From contig JAFGDQ010000063.1 of the NCBI GenBank assembly GCA_016932015.1, positions 2,658-66,657 of the forward strand: DNA of 64,000 nucleotides, in the 5' to 3' direction. Positions 1-10,733 of the stretch are shown here, piece after piece. The position numbers were made by a program, and so were the translations under genes. This DNA is from Spirochaetota bacterium (GTDB taxonomy: Bacteria; Spirochaetota; UBA4802; JAFGDQ01). Below the pieces are notes generated by a model. That model worked only from the letters and a program-made list of their open reading frames with translations, had not been told where the DNA came from and ran no database searches. Within the stretch, counting starts at the first letter, position 1. The number at the start of each line of letters is the position of its first letter.

Positions 1-984
1 AATCATCATGTTTGAGCAGTCATGTAAATAGCAATGTGAAATAATGATGTTTTTATAACCATCAGCCTTGGATTTGGGGAAATAAAATGAAAAAATTCTT
101 CCGCCGGGATAATTCAGGTCAGTACCAATATGTTCAAAATCAATATGCCTGAAGTCAAGATTTCCGGGTGAATTTATTCCATAGGGAAATCCGTGAAGGA
201 AAACAGCATACTGTGAATTGCCGTAATGCGGGTATTTTACTTTTATTCCATAGCCGGAATCCCATTTATCAGGGCCGCCTCCAACCTGCCCATCTATGAT
301 ATAGTAGCTTTTCACCATTTCCCATCGCGTGAAAACAGCCTGCCCGTCGCCGTACGAATTTTTCCAGCCTGTACTTGTTCCATGATCTGACGGTAATGCT
401 TTTTTAATGATTATTGGGATTGCTCCGTTTTCCGGATCATTGAAAACATGATTCGCATAATTTCCATCGGCTATATAATATGTATACCCTCTTTTTAGAG
501 CTTTTGGCAGGTCGTCTAAAGCGTTATTCCAGTTTATACCGGTGCCCTTTGAACCTTTCCTGACATATCGAATATTTTTTAAAGTGCTGATATAAGCATG
601 CTGACTGCCTGAATTGTTATATCCGTCTTTGTAATTTACCCGTAAAACATATATTCCTTCCGAATTAATTATTATTTCAGGATTTTCAGTTTGCTCATTT
701 CTTATTATTATTGACGAGTTTACAGGTTTGTGCAGAACGGTCCATTTGAAGACATAGGGATTTGTCTGTTTATCGATATTGAATTGACATTTTTTTTCTT
801 TCGGAAAATTTATTATTAAATGATTTTGAAAAGATAGCGGAACAGCAAAGGAAACAGGCGGAATAATTGTTTTTGCGGTAATGCTCTTTTTCTCTGTTGA
901 GTAACATTGTATTGTATTTCCAGCGAGTATTAAAACAAATAAAACCTTCATACTTATTAAGATAAAATTTTCTTTCTTTTTCAT
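1..984 (-). CDS. Exported protein, PKD-like segment followed by a right-handed beta-helix (pectin-lyase-like) domain; 3' end runs off the window
   Basis: Absent from the ORF track. Manual translation from ATG 984 is open to position 1: MKKKENFILISMKVLFVLILAGNTIQC...YVRKGSKGTGINWNNALDDLPKALKRGYTYYIADGNY...NIIISHCYLHDC. Hydrophobic N-terminus and typical beta-helix cap motif. Confidence 0.7.
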   Translation of the reverse strand, partial: MKKKENFILISMKVLFVLILAGNTIQCYSTEKKSITAKTIIPPVSFAVPLSFQNHLIINFPKEKKCQFNIDKQTNPYVFKWTVLHKPVNSSIIIRNEQTENPEIIINSEGIYVLRVNYKDGYNNSGSQHAYISTLKNIRYVRKGSKGTGINWNNALDDLPKALKRGYTYYIADGNYANHVFNDPENGAIPIIIKKALPSDHGTSTGWKNSYGDGQAVFTRWEMVKSYYIIDGQVGGGPDKWDSGYGIKVKYPHYGNSQYAVFLHGFPYGINSPGNLDFRHIDFEHIGTDLNYPGGRIFSFYFPKSKADGYKNIIISHCYLHDCSNMMI

Positions 985-1224
985 TTTGATTATATTCAGA
1001 ACCGAAATTTTATTATTACCGCAGGGAAGAATGAAAGTAGTTTAATATAAAAAGATAGACAAGATTAATATTTAAAATTTTAATTGTCAATACCTATTTA
1101 CTGTATTTGCACAAAGACTAAAACTGGTTTAAATAATATGCGTGAATATTATTTAGAAATAAATAATAGTATTATTCATTAGATTGCCTGAGCAATCGAT
1201 CTGATTTTTTAAAAAAGTGAAAAA

Positions 1225-2184
1225 ATGGAAAAAAAAATTGTAGATATCTCGGTAATCACTGTAAGCTATAATTCATCAAAATATACTATCGAATGTTTGA
1301 AATCATTGTTCAGGGAGACAACTGAGACTACATTTGAAACAATAGTAATTGATAATGCTTCTATTGATGACAGTGTTGAGCAGATAAAAATTAATTTTCC
1401 TCAGGTAAATTTAATCGAATCCAAAGAAAATTATGGTTTTGCCAGAGCGAACAATATTGCTTCAAAAAAAGCCTCAGGTAAGTATATATTGCTTTTGAAT
1501 CCGGATACTGTTGTCCTGAATCATGCTGTTGATAATTTATATAAATTCGCGGAAAAAAATCCGGAATATGGTATATACGGTGGGAGAACAATATTTCCGG
1601 ATGGAAGTGTTAACCCCTCCGCTTATTCAAATATGACATTGTGGAGTCTCTTTTGCAGTATCTTTGGACTGACGAAAATATTTAAATCCTCTGCATTCTT
1701 TAACCCTGTCCCGTATGGCAACTGGAAATATGACACAATTAAAAATGTGGATATTATTTCCGGCTGTTTCCTGATGCTTAAACGGGATATGTGGGAGAAG
1801 CTTAATGGTTTTAATTCGTTATTTTTTATGTATGCCGAGGAGGTAGATTTGTGCCTCAGGGCAAAAAAACTTGGCTGTAATCCTGTTTTTTTTCCTGAAG
1901 CACAAATAATTCACTACAGGGGAGTTTCCGAGCCTACGGAATCCGGAAAAATGGTTAAAATTCTGAGAGGGGAGGTTACTCTTATGAATGAACACTGGAC
2001 GGCTGTAAAAATAAAAACAGGCGTATGTGCTTTAAGTTTCAGAGTTCTGCTGAAATTAACTATATTTCGTTTATTAAATTTAATGAACAGAAAAAAATTT
2101 ACAGATCGGATTCTATTATGGAACGACGTCTGGTCTCAAAGAAAAACATGGAAAAAGGGGTGGCAGGAGAAAACTTTTAGCTGA
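1225..2184 (+). CDS. Glycosyltransferase family 2
   Basis: ISVITVSYNS, IDNASIDDS, GFARANN, LLLNPD, FFMYAEEVDLCLR motifs. Confidence 0.92.
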   Translation: MEKKIVDISVITVSYNSSKYTIECLKSLFRETTETTFETIVIDNASIDDSVEQIKINFPQVNLIESKENYGFARANNIASKKASGKYILLLNPDTVVLNHAVDNLYKFAEKNPEYGIYGGRTIFPDGSVNPSAYSNMTLWSLFCSIFGLTKIFKSSAFFNPVPYGNWKYDTIKNVDIISGCFLMLKRDMWEKLNGFNSLFFMYAEEVDLCLRAKKLGCNPVFFPEAQIIHYRGVSEPTESGKMVKILRGEVTLMNEHWTAVKIKTGVCALSFRVLLKLTIFRLLNLMNRKKFTDRILLWNDVWSQRKTWKKGWQEKTFS

Positions 2185-3385
2185 GTATTTTTCTGTAAGC
2201 TCTGTAAAGATTTTCTTTTTCATAGTTCCATGCCAGTTCACTCTTCACGCGGTTATAGCCGTATTCTCCCATTTTTTTTCTTTTTTCCGGATTATCAAGT
2301 AAAGTAAGAATTTTATCAGCCAGATCAACCGCGTCATTATGTTTTGCATACAAAGAAGCATCTCTTGCTGAAACTCTGCCTTCTGTCAGATCAAACTGTA
2401 CGATAGGTTTGCCAAGAGCCATATATTCCATTATCTTGTTCATTGTGGATTTATCATTCATTTCGTTATATTCATCCGGATTTACACATACATCAGATGT
2501 ATTAAGAGCTTCCAACAACTGCTCTGTAGGAATTCTTCCTGTAAATGTAAAATATTCCGCAACGTTTTTTTTCAGTGCGTATTCTTTTATATTTTCGAGT
2601 TCGGTTCCTCCGCCAACACAGATAAAATGAATATCATTGCGTTTTCTGTTTTTCACAATATAATCGCATGCGTCTATCAGATAGTTCAATCCTTCCTGTT
2701 TGCCAATAACGCCTACATAACCTACCAGGAATTTTCTGCCTTTTTTTAATTCCCGGACAGGCGGGATAATTTTCATTCTGTTTACATCCGGTCCGCTTCT
2801 TACAATGAACACGTCTTCCGGCTTTTTCCCGCCTCGCTCAACAGCAATTTTTTTATAGGATTCATTGGTAGCAATGCTGATATCTGCACATTTAAAGGTC
2901 ATTTTTTCGAAAAACAGCATGAATTTATAAAAAAGATTTTTTTTGTTAAATTTGGCCAGGTACAGCTCCGGATTAATGTCATGATGGTCAAAAATAAACT
3001 TTTTTCCAAACAGTTTAAATGGCAGTGCAACCAGGAAAATGAGATCAGGAGGATTACATGCGTGGATTACATTAAATCCTTTTGTGAAAAAAATTTTCCA
3101 CGCAATTACTGTTTCCCAAAAGAGTGCGACTGAATATTCAAGCAGGTATCCAAGCGGGCCGTCTGCTTCCATAGGCAGGTTATGTCGGTGGATAGTGATA
3201 CCGTCAGTAACTTCATATTTTTTTTCATATCCTGAGCCGGTAGGGCATATAATCGTAACTGATGCTCCTTTCTCGGTTAAAGCTGTTGCTTCCTGCCAGA
3301 CTCTTCTGTCAAACGGGCTTGGCAGGTTTTCAACAATTATTAGAATTTTTTTACCAGCAAATTCCTCTGTAGTTTGATCTTGCAT
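2177..3385 (-). CDS. Glycosyltransferase family 4 (WbuB-like)
   Basis: VENLPSPFDRRVWQEA, HACNPPD, NKIMEYMALGKPIV. Start placed at ATG 3385 (MQDQ); the track start at 3415 lies further inside the upstream gene. Confidence 0.9.
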   Translation of the reverse strand: MQDQTTEEFAGKKILIIVENLPSPFDRRVWQEATALTEKGASVTIICPTGSGYEKKYEVTDGITIHRHNLPMEADGPLGYLLEYSVALFWETVIAWKIFFTKGFNVIHACNPPDLIFLVALPFKLFGKKFIFDHHDINPELYLAKFNKKNLFYKFMLFFEKMTFKCADISIATNESYKKIAVERGGKKPEDVFIVRSGPDVNRMKIIPPVRELKKGRKFLVGYVGVIGKQEGLNYLIDACDYIVKNRKRNDIHFICVGGGTELENIKEYALKKNVAEYFTFTGRIPTEQLLEALNTSDVCVNPDEYNEMNDKSTMNKIMEYMALGKPIVQFDLTEGRVSARDASLYAKHNDAVDLADKILTLLDNPEKRKKMGEYGYNRVKSELAWNYEKENLYRAYRKILS

Positions 3386-4664
3386 TCTGTATGTCTCCAA
3401 TTCTGACCATGTCATATATGATCTGGTCTTCTTTTGTATCTGTTAACAATCTGACGAATTCTTTTTCATTATTTCCGATTATGATTACTTCTCTGTCTTT
3501 GATTAAGTCGTCCAGAGATTCGACCATCAATGATGATATATGAGGAATATGATTATTGATATATTCTTTATTTGCACCCATAAGTTTTGCAATAGAAACA
3601 TTTTTGTCATATAATTTCAGGTCAAAACCTTTGCCTATCAGAGTTTCTATTACTTCAATCATGGGGCTTTCTCTCAGGTCATCGGTTCCTGCCTTAAAGC
3701 TGAAGCCGGCTATTCCGATTTTTTTCTTTCCGAGTGAAATTAATTCTTTAATAACGGACAGAATTTGTACATTATTACTTGTTATAAGAGAATTGAGCAA
3801 CGGGGTTTCAAGGTCAAGCATCTTTGTGAGGTAATTGATTGCGCGAAGGTCTTTTGGCAGACATGACCCTCCGAACGCGAATCCGGGTTTGAAATAGTAT
3901 GTTGAAATATTGAGCTTTGTATCCTGTATGAAAATATTCATTACGTCGTGGCTGTCAATTCCGAGTTTTTTGCAGATATGGCCGATTTCATTTGCGAAAG
4001 TTATCTTTAATGCGTGAAAATTATTGTCTACATATTTAACCATTTCTGCTATTTCAAGCGAAGTTTTAATCATCGGGCCTGGCAAGCCTTTATATAATTC
4101 CATTATTTTATCTGTGATTTCCGGAGTGTCGCAACCTATTACGGTTTTAGGAGGATTGTTAAAATCGTATACTGCGGTTGCTTCGCGCAGGAATTCAGGA
4201 TTAAAAGCGACATAAAAGTCTTCTCCTTCTTTTTTCCCGGAAGACTTATCAAGGGTCGGAATAATGATTTCTTTATTTGTGCCGGGCAGCATTGTACTTC
4301 TTGATACTATTATATGTTTTTTTTCTTTATGCCTGATGCTTTTTCCGATTTCAGTGCATACGTTTTCGATATATTTCGTGTTCAGACTGCCGTTTGGCCT
4401 GCTGGGAGTACCTACGCAGATAAGGGAAATCTCACTGTTTTGAACGGCGTAATCTGTATCTGTTGTGGCAAATATCAGTTTGTTTTTTTTTGCTTCTGTA
4501 AGCAGTTCCGGAAGGTCTTTTTCAACTATGGGAGATATTCCGTTATTTAACAGTTCTACTTTTGTTTCATTAACATCAACACCTATAACCTTATGGCCTC
4601 TTGATGCAAGGCATGCTGATGATACTACACCTACATATCCTAAACCAAAAATACTAATGTTCAT
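3351..4664 (-). CDS. algD: GDP-mannose 6-dehydrogenase (UDP-glucose/GDP-mannose dehydrogenase family)
   Basis: MNISIFGLGYVG Rossmann start, CVGTPS, FNPEFLRE, GFAFGGSCLPKD, FKAGTDDLRESP, and a C-terminal GICW as in AlgD. Confidence 0.88.
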   Translation of the reverse strand: MNISIFGLGYVGVVSSACLASRGHKVIGVDVNETKVELLNNGISPIVEKDLPELLTEAKKNKLIFATTDTDYAVQNSEISLICVGTPSRPNGSLNTKYIENVCTEIGKSIRHKEKKHIIVSRSTMLPGTNKEIIIPTLDKSSGKKEGEDFYVAFNPEFLREATAVYDFNNPPKTVIGCDTPEITDKIMELYKGLPGPMIKTSLEIAEMVKYVDNNFHALKITFANEIGHICKKLGIDSHDVMNIFIQDTKLNISTYYFKPGFAFGGSCLPKDLRAINYLTKMLDLETPLLNSLITSNNVQILSVIKELISLGKKKIGIAGFSFKAGTDDLRESPMIEVIETLIGKGFDLKLYDKNVSIAKLMGANKEYINNHIPHISSLMVESLDDLIKDREVIIIGNNEKEFVRLLTDTKEDQIIYDMVRIGDIQNARSNYRGICW

Positions 4665-6621
4665 ATAATTTTTCCTGTGTAAAATTTATTTCAAATTTGC
4701 TGCATATACTGGTATTTCCGGAAATATCCATACTAAGTTTTATTGCAGTAGCGGGATTCTTTACATCATAAGAAGGTGAATACCATCCAAGAATCGGATT
4801 TATTTCGGCATTGTGCAATGATACATTTATGTTGTCATCATAATATAATTTGCAATCTCCGCCGGGAAATTTAATGTCTACATGCTTTTCTGCCAAAGTA
4901 ACAGCACATGAGGGAGAGCAATGGAAATAAACATTGATATTATGCTCACCTCCGGTAATAATATTATCAACAATTTCCCAGAAGTTATTTAATTTATTAT
5001 ATGTAATTATTCTGTTATGAACAGTTGATTTTTTTGATTTGTAACCGAAATGAGTACCCTCTATGCTGAAAGGCTCACTGTAATTTAGTATTTTTGTTTT
5101 TGCTTTCCTGCTCCACATGAAATTGCCAGCTATATATGACTGGTTTTCATTATCAACAGTGAGAGTATTATGAGCGGATGTTCCTCTGAAATAATTTCTC
5201 CATTCTCTATTTGAATGATACGCGTATGTACCGGGATCGATAAAAATGGGAAATCCTCCTGCTGAAAAGGTGAATGAAAGTGCGTCGGCGTGGCCATGTG
5301 CAGCGATTGAAAGATAACCGAGAGGACCGCAGTCGAAAATTAATTTTTGCTCGTTTTTTTTATTTATATTTGTCCCCAGAACATAGTAGCCTCCTTCCGG
5401 GAATTGAAGAGGGATTTGTTTCTCTGATTTTAAGCTGTTTGTTATTTTCGTATCATTTAGATTAAGAAAAATTTTCGTTTTTAAATCGATATTATCGGGA
5501 TTAATATTTTTTGAAAAATCACAGCGGTTAAAAATATATGCACCTGTGTTCAACAGCGAACGGTAAATACCATACTCTCGCTGTCCGAGATCTATCACAA
5601 GGGCATCATCTTCGTCTCCTGTTTGTGGAATGTTGCCATTCAGATCTTCAACTGCCGCAATGAATTCGAGCATTTTTTCTATTCTTTTCCAGTAGTTCTC
5701 AGGGAAAATAATATTATACTTCTTTGCAATAATTCCTGCTAACATAAAAAAATCAAGAGTAAATTGCTGATAGGATATGGCTTGCTCTTTGTTTACTCCA
5801 TCCTTATAGTTTTGTTTATTGCATTCATTTTTAAGAATTTTATAAGATATATTCCGCCATTTTTTTGATTCTTTAAATTGAGGAAGAGCTGTACCGGCAA
5901 TAAAAAGGCCCGCGATTTCTCCTATAAGATGATTGTTGGCGGAAGAGTAGCGGCTTAAGTTTTTACTGATGAATCTGCAGTGCTGGTAAATTGAAGCTGC
6001 CCACTTATCGCTCAATTCTTTATCAATTTCATTTTTAACCAGATGCCAGCACAATGCCCAGTTTATTAAGCGGATTCCAAGTTCCAGAGAGCTGCACCAG
6101 TTTACTCCATACATAAAAGGGTTCTGGTGAAGCCATTCCGAAAGATAATAACTGAATTTTTCTAAATAATTTTTCTTTCCATATATCCTGTAGGTTAAGG
6201 CGAGAGGAAAAAGAAAAAGATGCCTGTTCGGTTCCCATATATATTTGATATCGCCAATTTTTTTGCTGTCCCTATAATCTATATTTTTTCCGAATATATT
6301 CCTGGGCGCACGCAATCCTGATTTATAATCTTTATGATAATCAATTTTTTCTCCGATATCGTAATCTATTAGAGAAAAGATATTCATTCTGTTTCCGCAA
6401 AGTTGATCTGCTTGCTTAAGTAAAGCAGATGATTCAAAAGTTGAAAAATCAATATTGTTAAAAAGTAAATGATCCGGTTCTTTATAATCAGGAATTTTAC
6501 AGTTTAAATTAAGGTAGTGGCTTTCAAATTTATTTTGAATTAATTTTATAACCCGGAACGCCATTTCAGGAGGGCTCATACGTCTGATACGGTTGATTAT
6601 AAATATAAAATCCATTCGCAC
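4654..6621 (-). CDS. Heparinase II/III family (alginate-lyase-like) protein
   Basis: DIKYIWEPNRH, SSANNHLIGE, AHGHADALSF, DPGTYAY, FRGTSAHNT; no obvious signal peptide. Confidence 0.88.
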   Translation of the reverse strand: MRMDFIFIINRIRRMSPPEMAFRVIKLIQNKFESHYLNLNCKIPDYKEPDHLLFNNIDFSTFESSALLKQADQLCGNRMNIFSLIDYDIGEKIDYHKDYKSGLRAPRNIFGKNIDYRDSKKIGDIKYIWEPNRHLFLFPLALTYRIYGKKNYLEKFSYYLSEWLHQNPFMYGVNWCSSLELGIRLINWALCWHLVKNEIDKELSDKWAASIYQHCRFISKNLSRYSSANNHLIGEIAGLFIAGTALPQFKESKKWRNISYKILKNECNKQNYKDGVNKEQAISYQQFTLDFFMLAGIIAKKYNIIFPENYWKRIEKMLEFIAAVEDLNGNIPQTGDEDDALVIDLGQREYGIYRSLLNTGAYIFNRCDFSKNINPDNIDLKTKIFLNLNDTKITNSLKSEKQIPLQFPEGGYYVLGTNINKKNEQKLIFDCGPLGYLSIAAHGHADALSFTFSAGGFPIFIDPGTYAYHSNREWRNYFRGTSAHNTLTVDNENQSYIAGNFMWSRKAKTKILNYSEPFSIEGTHFGYKSKKSTVHNRIITYNKLNNFWEIVDNIITGGEHNINVYFHCSPSCAVTLAEKHVDIKFPGGDCKLYYDDNINVSLHNAEINPILGWYSPSYDVKNPATAIKLSMDISGNTSICSKFEINFTQEKLYEH

Positions 6622-6819
6622 CTTTCAATTTAAATATTAATTAAGATTTATTATTATTCGCGGGATATGAAATAAAAAGCAAATAATGTCAATTAAAAAC
6701 ATTTTTATGTAACTTTTTTTAGAAATTACTGGAATATTCTTGTTTTTTAACATAATAGCAGTAATTAATATTTCAGTAATTCAAATAATTAAAAATTTTA
6801 ATAAATAAGGTTCCTTCCA

Positions 6820-8133
6820 ATGGGCATTCGAGAAATAGAATGGCAGATTTATAATTTTACAGTATTGAATCCTATAGCATTATCTCTTACGTTGTTGATG
6901 TGCATTTTTGTACTAATTTTGAAAAGAGACCTTGTAATTGTACCGTTTATAATTGTGGCTTGTTTCATAACAGACATGCAAAGGCTTGTAATTGCCGGAC
7001 TGGACTTTAATATGCTGAGAATTATGGTCATATTCGGAATTATCAGATTTTTTATAAAAAAGGATGTCCGTTCTTTTAAACTGAATATTATTGATAAATT
7101 TATGATATTCTGGACATTTTCAAGAATGATTACTCATACTCTTTTATGGGCAGATTCAGGAGCTCTTATTAATTCAGCCGGATTCCTTTTTGATTCGCTT
7201 GGTATATATTTACTGATGAGATTATTTTTGTATGATATTAATGATTACAGCACGGTCATAAAAACGCTTGCTGTTTGCAGTATAGTTGTTGCGGTATTTA
7301 TGTTCTATGAGCAACTCACCGGAAGGAATTTCTTTTCCGTCCTGGGTGGGGTGCCTGAATTCACGGTTGAGCGAGAAGGGAAGCTGCGGTCTCAGGGCGC
7401 GTTCAGTCATGCCATTATGGCCGGGACTTTTGGTGCTTCATTGATACCTCTAATGTGGGCGATATGGATTAATAAATATAAATTCTATGCTATGACAGGT
7501 ATTATTGGAGGACTAATTATCACTTTTACCTCTTCTTCCAGCGGGCCGGTTTTAACGCTGTTGTCTTCAGTGGGATGGATTTTTTTATGGCGGTTCAGAT
7601 CCAGGATGAAGTTTGTTAAATGGGGAGTAATATCTCTATTGATTTTTCTTCATCTGGTTATGAAAGGGCCGGTCTGGACAATAATCGGAAAAATAGATAT
7701 TGCCGGCGGATCATCATCGTATCACAGGGTTGCTTTACTGGATCAGGCAATAAGACGTTTCCCGGAATGGATGTTCTTTGGTGTTAGGTCAACCGCGCAC
7801 TGGGGCTGGGGATTACAGGACCTGACAAATAATTATGTATATGAGGCTGTTTATGGAGGAATTATTCCTCTCATTTTCTTTATTTTAATTATGAGAAATT
7901 GTTTTAAAGCGGTGCAGTTAGCAAGATTAAAAATAAAACAGAATGTGAGTCTTGAAAAATATGTATGGGCTCTTGGTGCCGTCCTGTTCGCGCATGCTGT
8001 ATCGTTTATCGGCGTTTCCTATTTCGGCCAGATGCTGTTCTTTTATTATTTAGCACTTGCCATGATTTCGAGCTTGAATAATTTGCCGGAAATTACAGAT
8101 TCAAATATCACCGGTAATATTGTAGATGCTTAA
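6820..8133 (+). CDS. Wzy-type polymerase / O-antigen ligase family membrane protein
   Basis: Many TM segments; R-x-QGAFSHAIMAG periplasmic motif; SSYHR; EPS context. Confidence 0.78.
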   Translation: MGIREIEWQIYNFTVLNPIALSLTLLMCIFVLILKRDLVIVPFIIVACFITDMQRLVIAGLDFNMLRIMVIFGIIRFFIKKDVRSFKLNIIDKFMIFWTFSRMITHTLLWADSGALINSAGFLFDSLGIYLLMRLFLYDINDYSTVIKTLAVCSIVVAVFMFYEQLTGRNFFSVLGGVPEFTVEREGKLRSQGAFSHAIMAGTFGASLIPLMWAIWINKYKFYAMTGIIGGLIITFTSSSSGPVLTLLSSVGWIFLWRFRSRMKFVKWGVISLLIFLHLVMKGPVWTIIGKIDIAGGSSSYHRVALLDQAIRRFPEWMFFGVRSTAHWGWGLQDLTNNYVYEAVYGGIIPLIFFILIMRNCFKAVQLARLKIKQNVSLEKYVWALGAVLFAHAVSFIGVSYFGQMLFFYYLALAMISSLNNLPEITDSNITGNIVDA

Positions 8134-8149
8134 TAATGGATATAAATAT

Positions 8150-9883
8150 TTATATCCATTTATAAATAAAACCGGGAATAGGGAATCTTCTTCTGTTAAG
8201 TATAAAACCAATTGGATTTCCTTTTTTCTGTCTAATGTAGGAAATAGAATTCATTACAATCTGTCTTTTTTCTCTTCCGTCATTTACAATGAGTGCAATT
8301 CCGTCAACATGCGATGATAATAGGCCTGGATCTTTATAATTTTTTAAATTTGTGGTGTCAATTATTACAGCGTCATAATCGGCTTTCAATACTTTTAATA
8401 GCGCGTCCAGTTTCGAATCGTTTAAAAGTGTCAGAGGGCTCATAGACGCTTTACCTGCCTGTAAAATATTGAGTTTGGAGTCAACCTGATAGATTATTTC
8501 AGATAGCTTGATTTTTTCAATTCTTGAAGAAATATTATTAGATAATGTTTTCTCAGAACTGGAATCATTATAATTGTCCTGTGCAATATCCTTTACTGTT
8601 TCATTATTTGAATCATGAATAGCATGATATTCAATTAGTTTCCCTTCCTCAAGCATATTAGCTAATCCGGCTCCTTCCGGAATATTAAAAAGTTTATGTA
8701 TCATTGGGTTGCGAAAATTCGCATCAACTAACAATGTACGTATTCCCATTTTATGAGAAAGGCAAAGACTGATATTTGCGCTCGTAATTGTAGCACCTCC
8801 CTTTGGAAATGCAGAAGTAATTAATATTGTCTTTTGCTGATTAACTTTCATGTAAATAAGAAGCTGGTCGGATAAATCATCAAAAAAGTCAGAGTATTTT
8901 TGTTCAGATTTGTTTGGATTAAAGGCATCTATATCCAGAAGCATTTTGTCTTTATTTTTTTTAACAGGAATTGAACCCAGTAACGGAAGTCCTGTATATT
9001 TTACAATTTCGTTTGGAGATTTAAAAGTCTGATCAAGGAACATATCATATGCGAAAGCAAGGCCGATTCCTGCTGCCATCGCACCAAAAATTGCAGCTAA
9101 GAATACCAGCATTTTTGATTTTCCCATTGCCTGATTATTCGAAAATGCCTGTTCAATGATTTTGACTTTCGCTGTACCGTATGCTTCAAGTTCTGATAAT
9201 TGCTCTCCTGAGAGTTTTTCAGTCATTGTGTATATGTTATCTCTTAATTGCCTGACCGAAGGATGCTGCAGGCCATATTTTTGAGTAAGCTCAGCCAATT
9301 GCTGCTGTAAATCAAAAATTACATAGGACCTGCTTACTACATTGGCAATAGCAACGGCATTTTCAGGGCTATAATCACTGATACGTATTTCAAAAAGGTC
9401 TGTTCCTGGAATGAGATCGGTTGTTATATTTTCTTTCAGGAATTTCATCGCAAAATTAATGAAAAATTGACGTTGCTCTTCCGGAGTTAACAAGTTTAAT
9501 TTCTCAGTAAGTTTTTTTGTTTTGTATTCAATTAAGAAATTTTTAATCGGATGGCAGAATTTTTTTTCATAATCAAGCGGACGTTTATCTAATTTTAATG
9601 CAAGTACAGCTCTTTTTATTACGGGATTAGATTTTACAATCGCCATTTGTGTTCTGTGAAGGCCCCTTGCGCCTATATCATAATAGAATTCTGATGTAAC
9701 CTGCGACTGACCGACAATATGCATTTTTACGGATGCTTCAAAAACAGGAGTCTGTATTAGTAAAACTAAAAATACAACAATTATTATTACTGGAGCTACT
9801 ATTATAACAATTTGTTTTTGCCTGAAAATACCTGAAACTATATTTCTGATACTAAAGTCATTTTGTTCTGTATATTTTTCCAT
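8150..9883 (-). CDS. Polysaccharide co-polymerase (Wzc/PCP-2a-like) with degenerate BY-kinase domain
   Basis: Two TMs flanking a periplasmic coil (KYGLQHPSV), GLPLLGSIP, LLVDANFRNP, VIIDT; Walker A is degenerate (TSAFPKGGAT). Confidence 0.85.
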   Translation of the reverse strand: MEKYTEQNDFSIRNIVSGIFRQKQIVIIVAPVIIIVVFLVLLIQTPVFEASVKMHIVGQSQVTSEFYYDIGARGLHRTQMAIVKSNPVIKRAVLALKLDKRPLDYEKKFCHPIKNFLIEYKTKKLTEKLNLLTPEEQRQFFINFAMKFLKENITTDLIPGTDLFEIRISDYSPENAVAIANVVSRSYVIFDLQQQLAELTQKYGLQHPSVRQLRDNIYTMTEKLSGEQLSELEAYGTAKVKIIEQAFSNNQAMGKSKMLVFLAAIFGAMAAGIGLAFAYDMFLDQTFKSPNEIVKYTGLPLLGSIPVKKNKDKMLLDIDAFNPNKSEQKYSDFFDDLSDQLLIYMKVNQQKTILITSAFPKGGATITSANISLCLSHKMGIRTLLVDANFRNPMIHKLFNIPEGAGLANMLEEGKLIEYHAIHDSNNETVKDIAQDNYNDSSSEKTLSNNISSRIEKIKLSEIIYQVDSKLNILQAGKASMSPLTLLNDSKLDALLKVLKADYDAVIIDTTNLKNYKDPGLLSSHVDGIALIVNDGREKRQIVMNSISYIRQKKGNPIGFILNRRRFPIPGFIYKWI

Positions 9884-9969
9884 TTTTTATTCTTCTTTCA
9901 ATATGCTAAGACATTTTTTGTCTTCCTTCGGTAGGTTTCTTTTTGAGTTATATCAATATTCTTTTTCTT

Positions 9970-10548
9970 TTAGAAGAAGCTTTCAGATATAACAATTATA
10001 TCACCCGGTTCAATCACAATATCTGCTCTTGCGTCACCGTCCATTACTTTACTTACATCAACTTCAATTTTTGTATATCCTGGCCTGTCACCTCTTGGCC
10101 TTAAAATTCGTACTTTACTTTTTGATCCGAATCTTGTAAATCCGCCCGCAACAGAAATTGCTTTTAATACTGTTGTGTTTTCAGTCAATGAATAAGATCC
10201 GGGGTTATTAATTTCCCCGGTAATTGTAAAATTTCTGCTTCTTGATTCTACCAGAGATACTGTTACGACGGGATATTTTAAATATCCATTTGCTAATCGT
10301 GTTTGAACAATGCGTTGAATTTCAGTTATCGTTTTGTTTTTGACTTTTACACTTCCAAGATACGCTACCGATATATCCCCGCTTGGAGATACTGTAACTC
10401 TGTCATTTGAAGGATCCGGTTTTAATATTCTTACTTCAAGTATGTCTCCAATTCCTACCTTATATTCTTCCGCATTTACATTTTTGCTAAAAACAAAAGT
10501 AAAAAGCACAATAGAGAATATGGCTATATACATTAAACACTTTTTCAT
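9970..10548 (-). CDS. Short polysaccharide export (OPX/Wza-like) protein, Poly_export plus one SLBB
   Basis: Signal peptide, YKVGIGDILEV, GEINNPGSY, AISVAGGFT, PGDIIVISESFF; only 192 aa. Confidence 0.9.
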   Translation of the reverse strand: MKKCLMYIAIFSIVLFTFVFSKNVNAEEYKVGIGDILEVRILKPDPSNDRVTVSPSGDISVAYLGSVKVKNKTITEIQRIVQTRLANGYLKYPVVTVSLVESRSRNFTITGEINNPGSYSLTENTTVLKAISVAGGFTRFGSKSKVRILRPRGDRPGYTKIEVDVSKVMDGDARADIVIEPGDIIVISESFF

Positions 10549-10733
10549 AGTTATCTTCCTGTAAATAGAATTGTATTAAATTGTAGTATTTAAAAAATCT
10601 ATTCTGCTTTTAATTGTATGTTATTATTGATCCCATCATAAAAAATATTCTATATATAATTGCAATTAGTATGCTATATCAAGTATAATTTCAATCAATT
10701 TATCTGATTATTGAATATTTTCAATGATCATAA

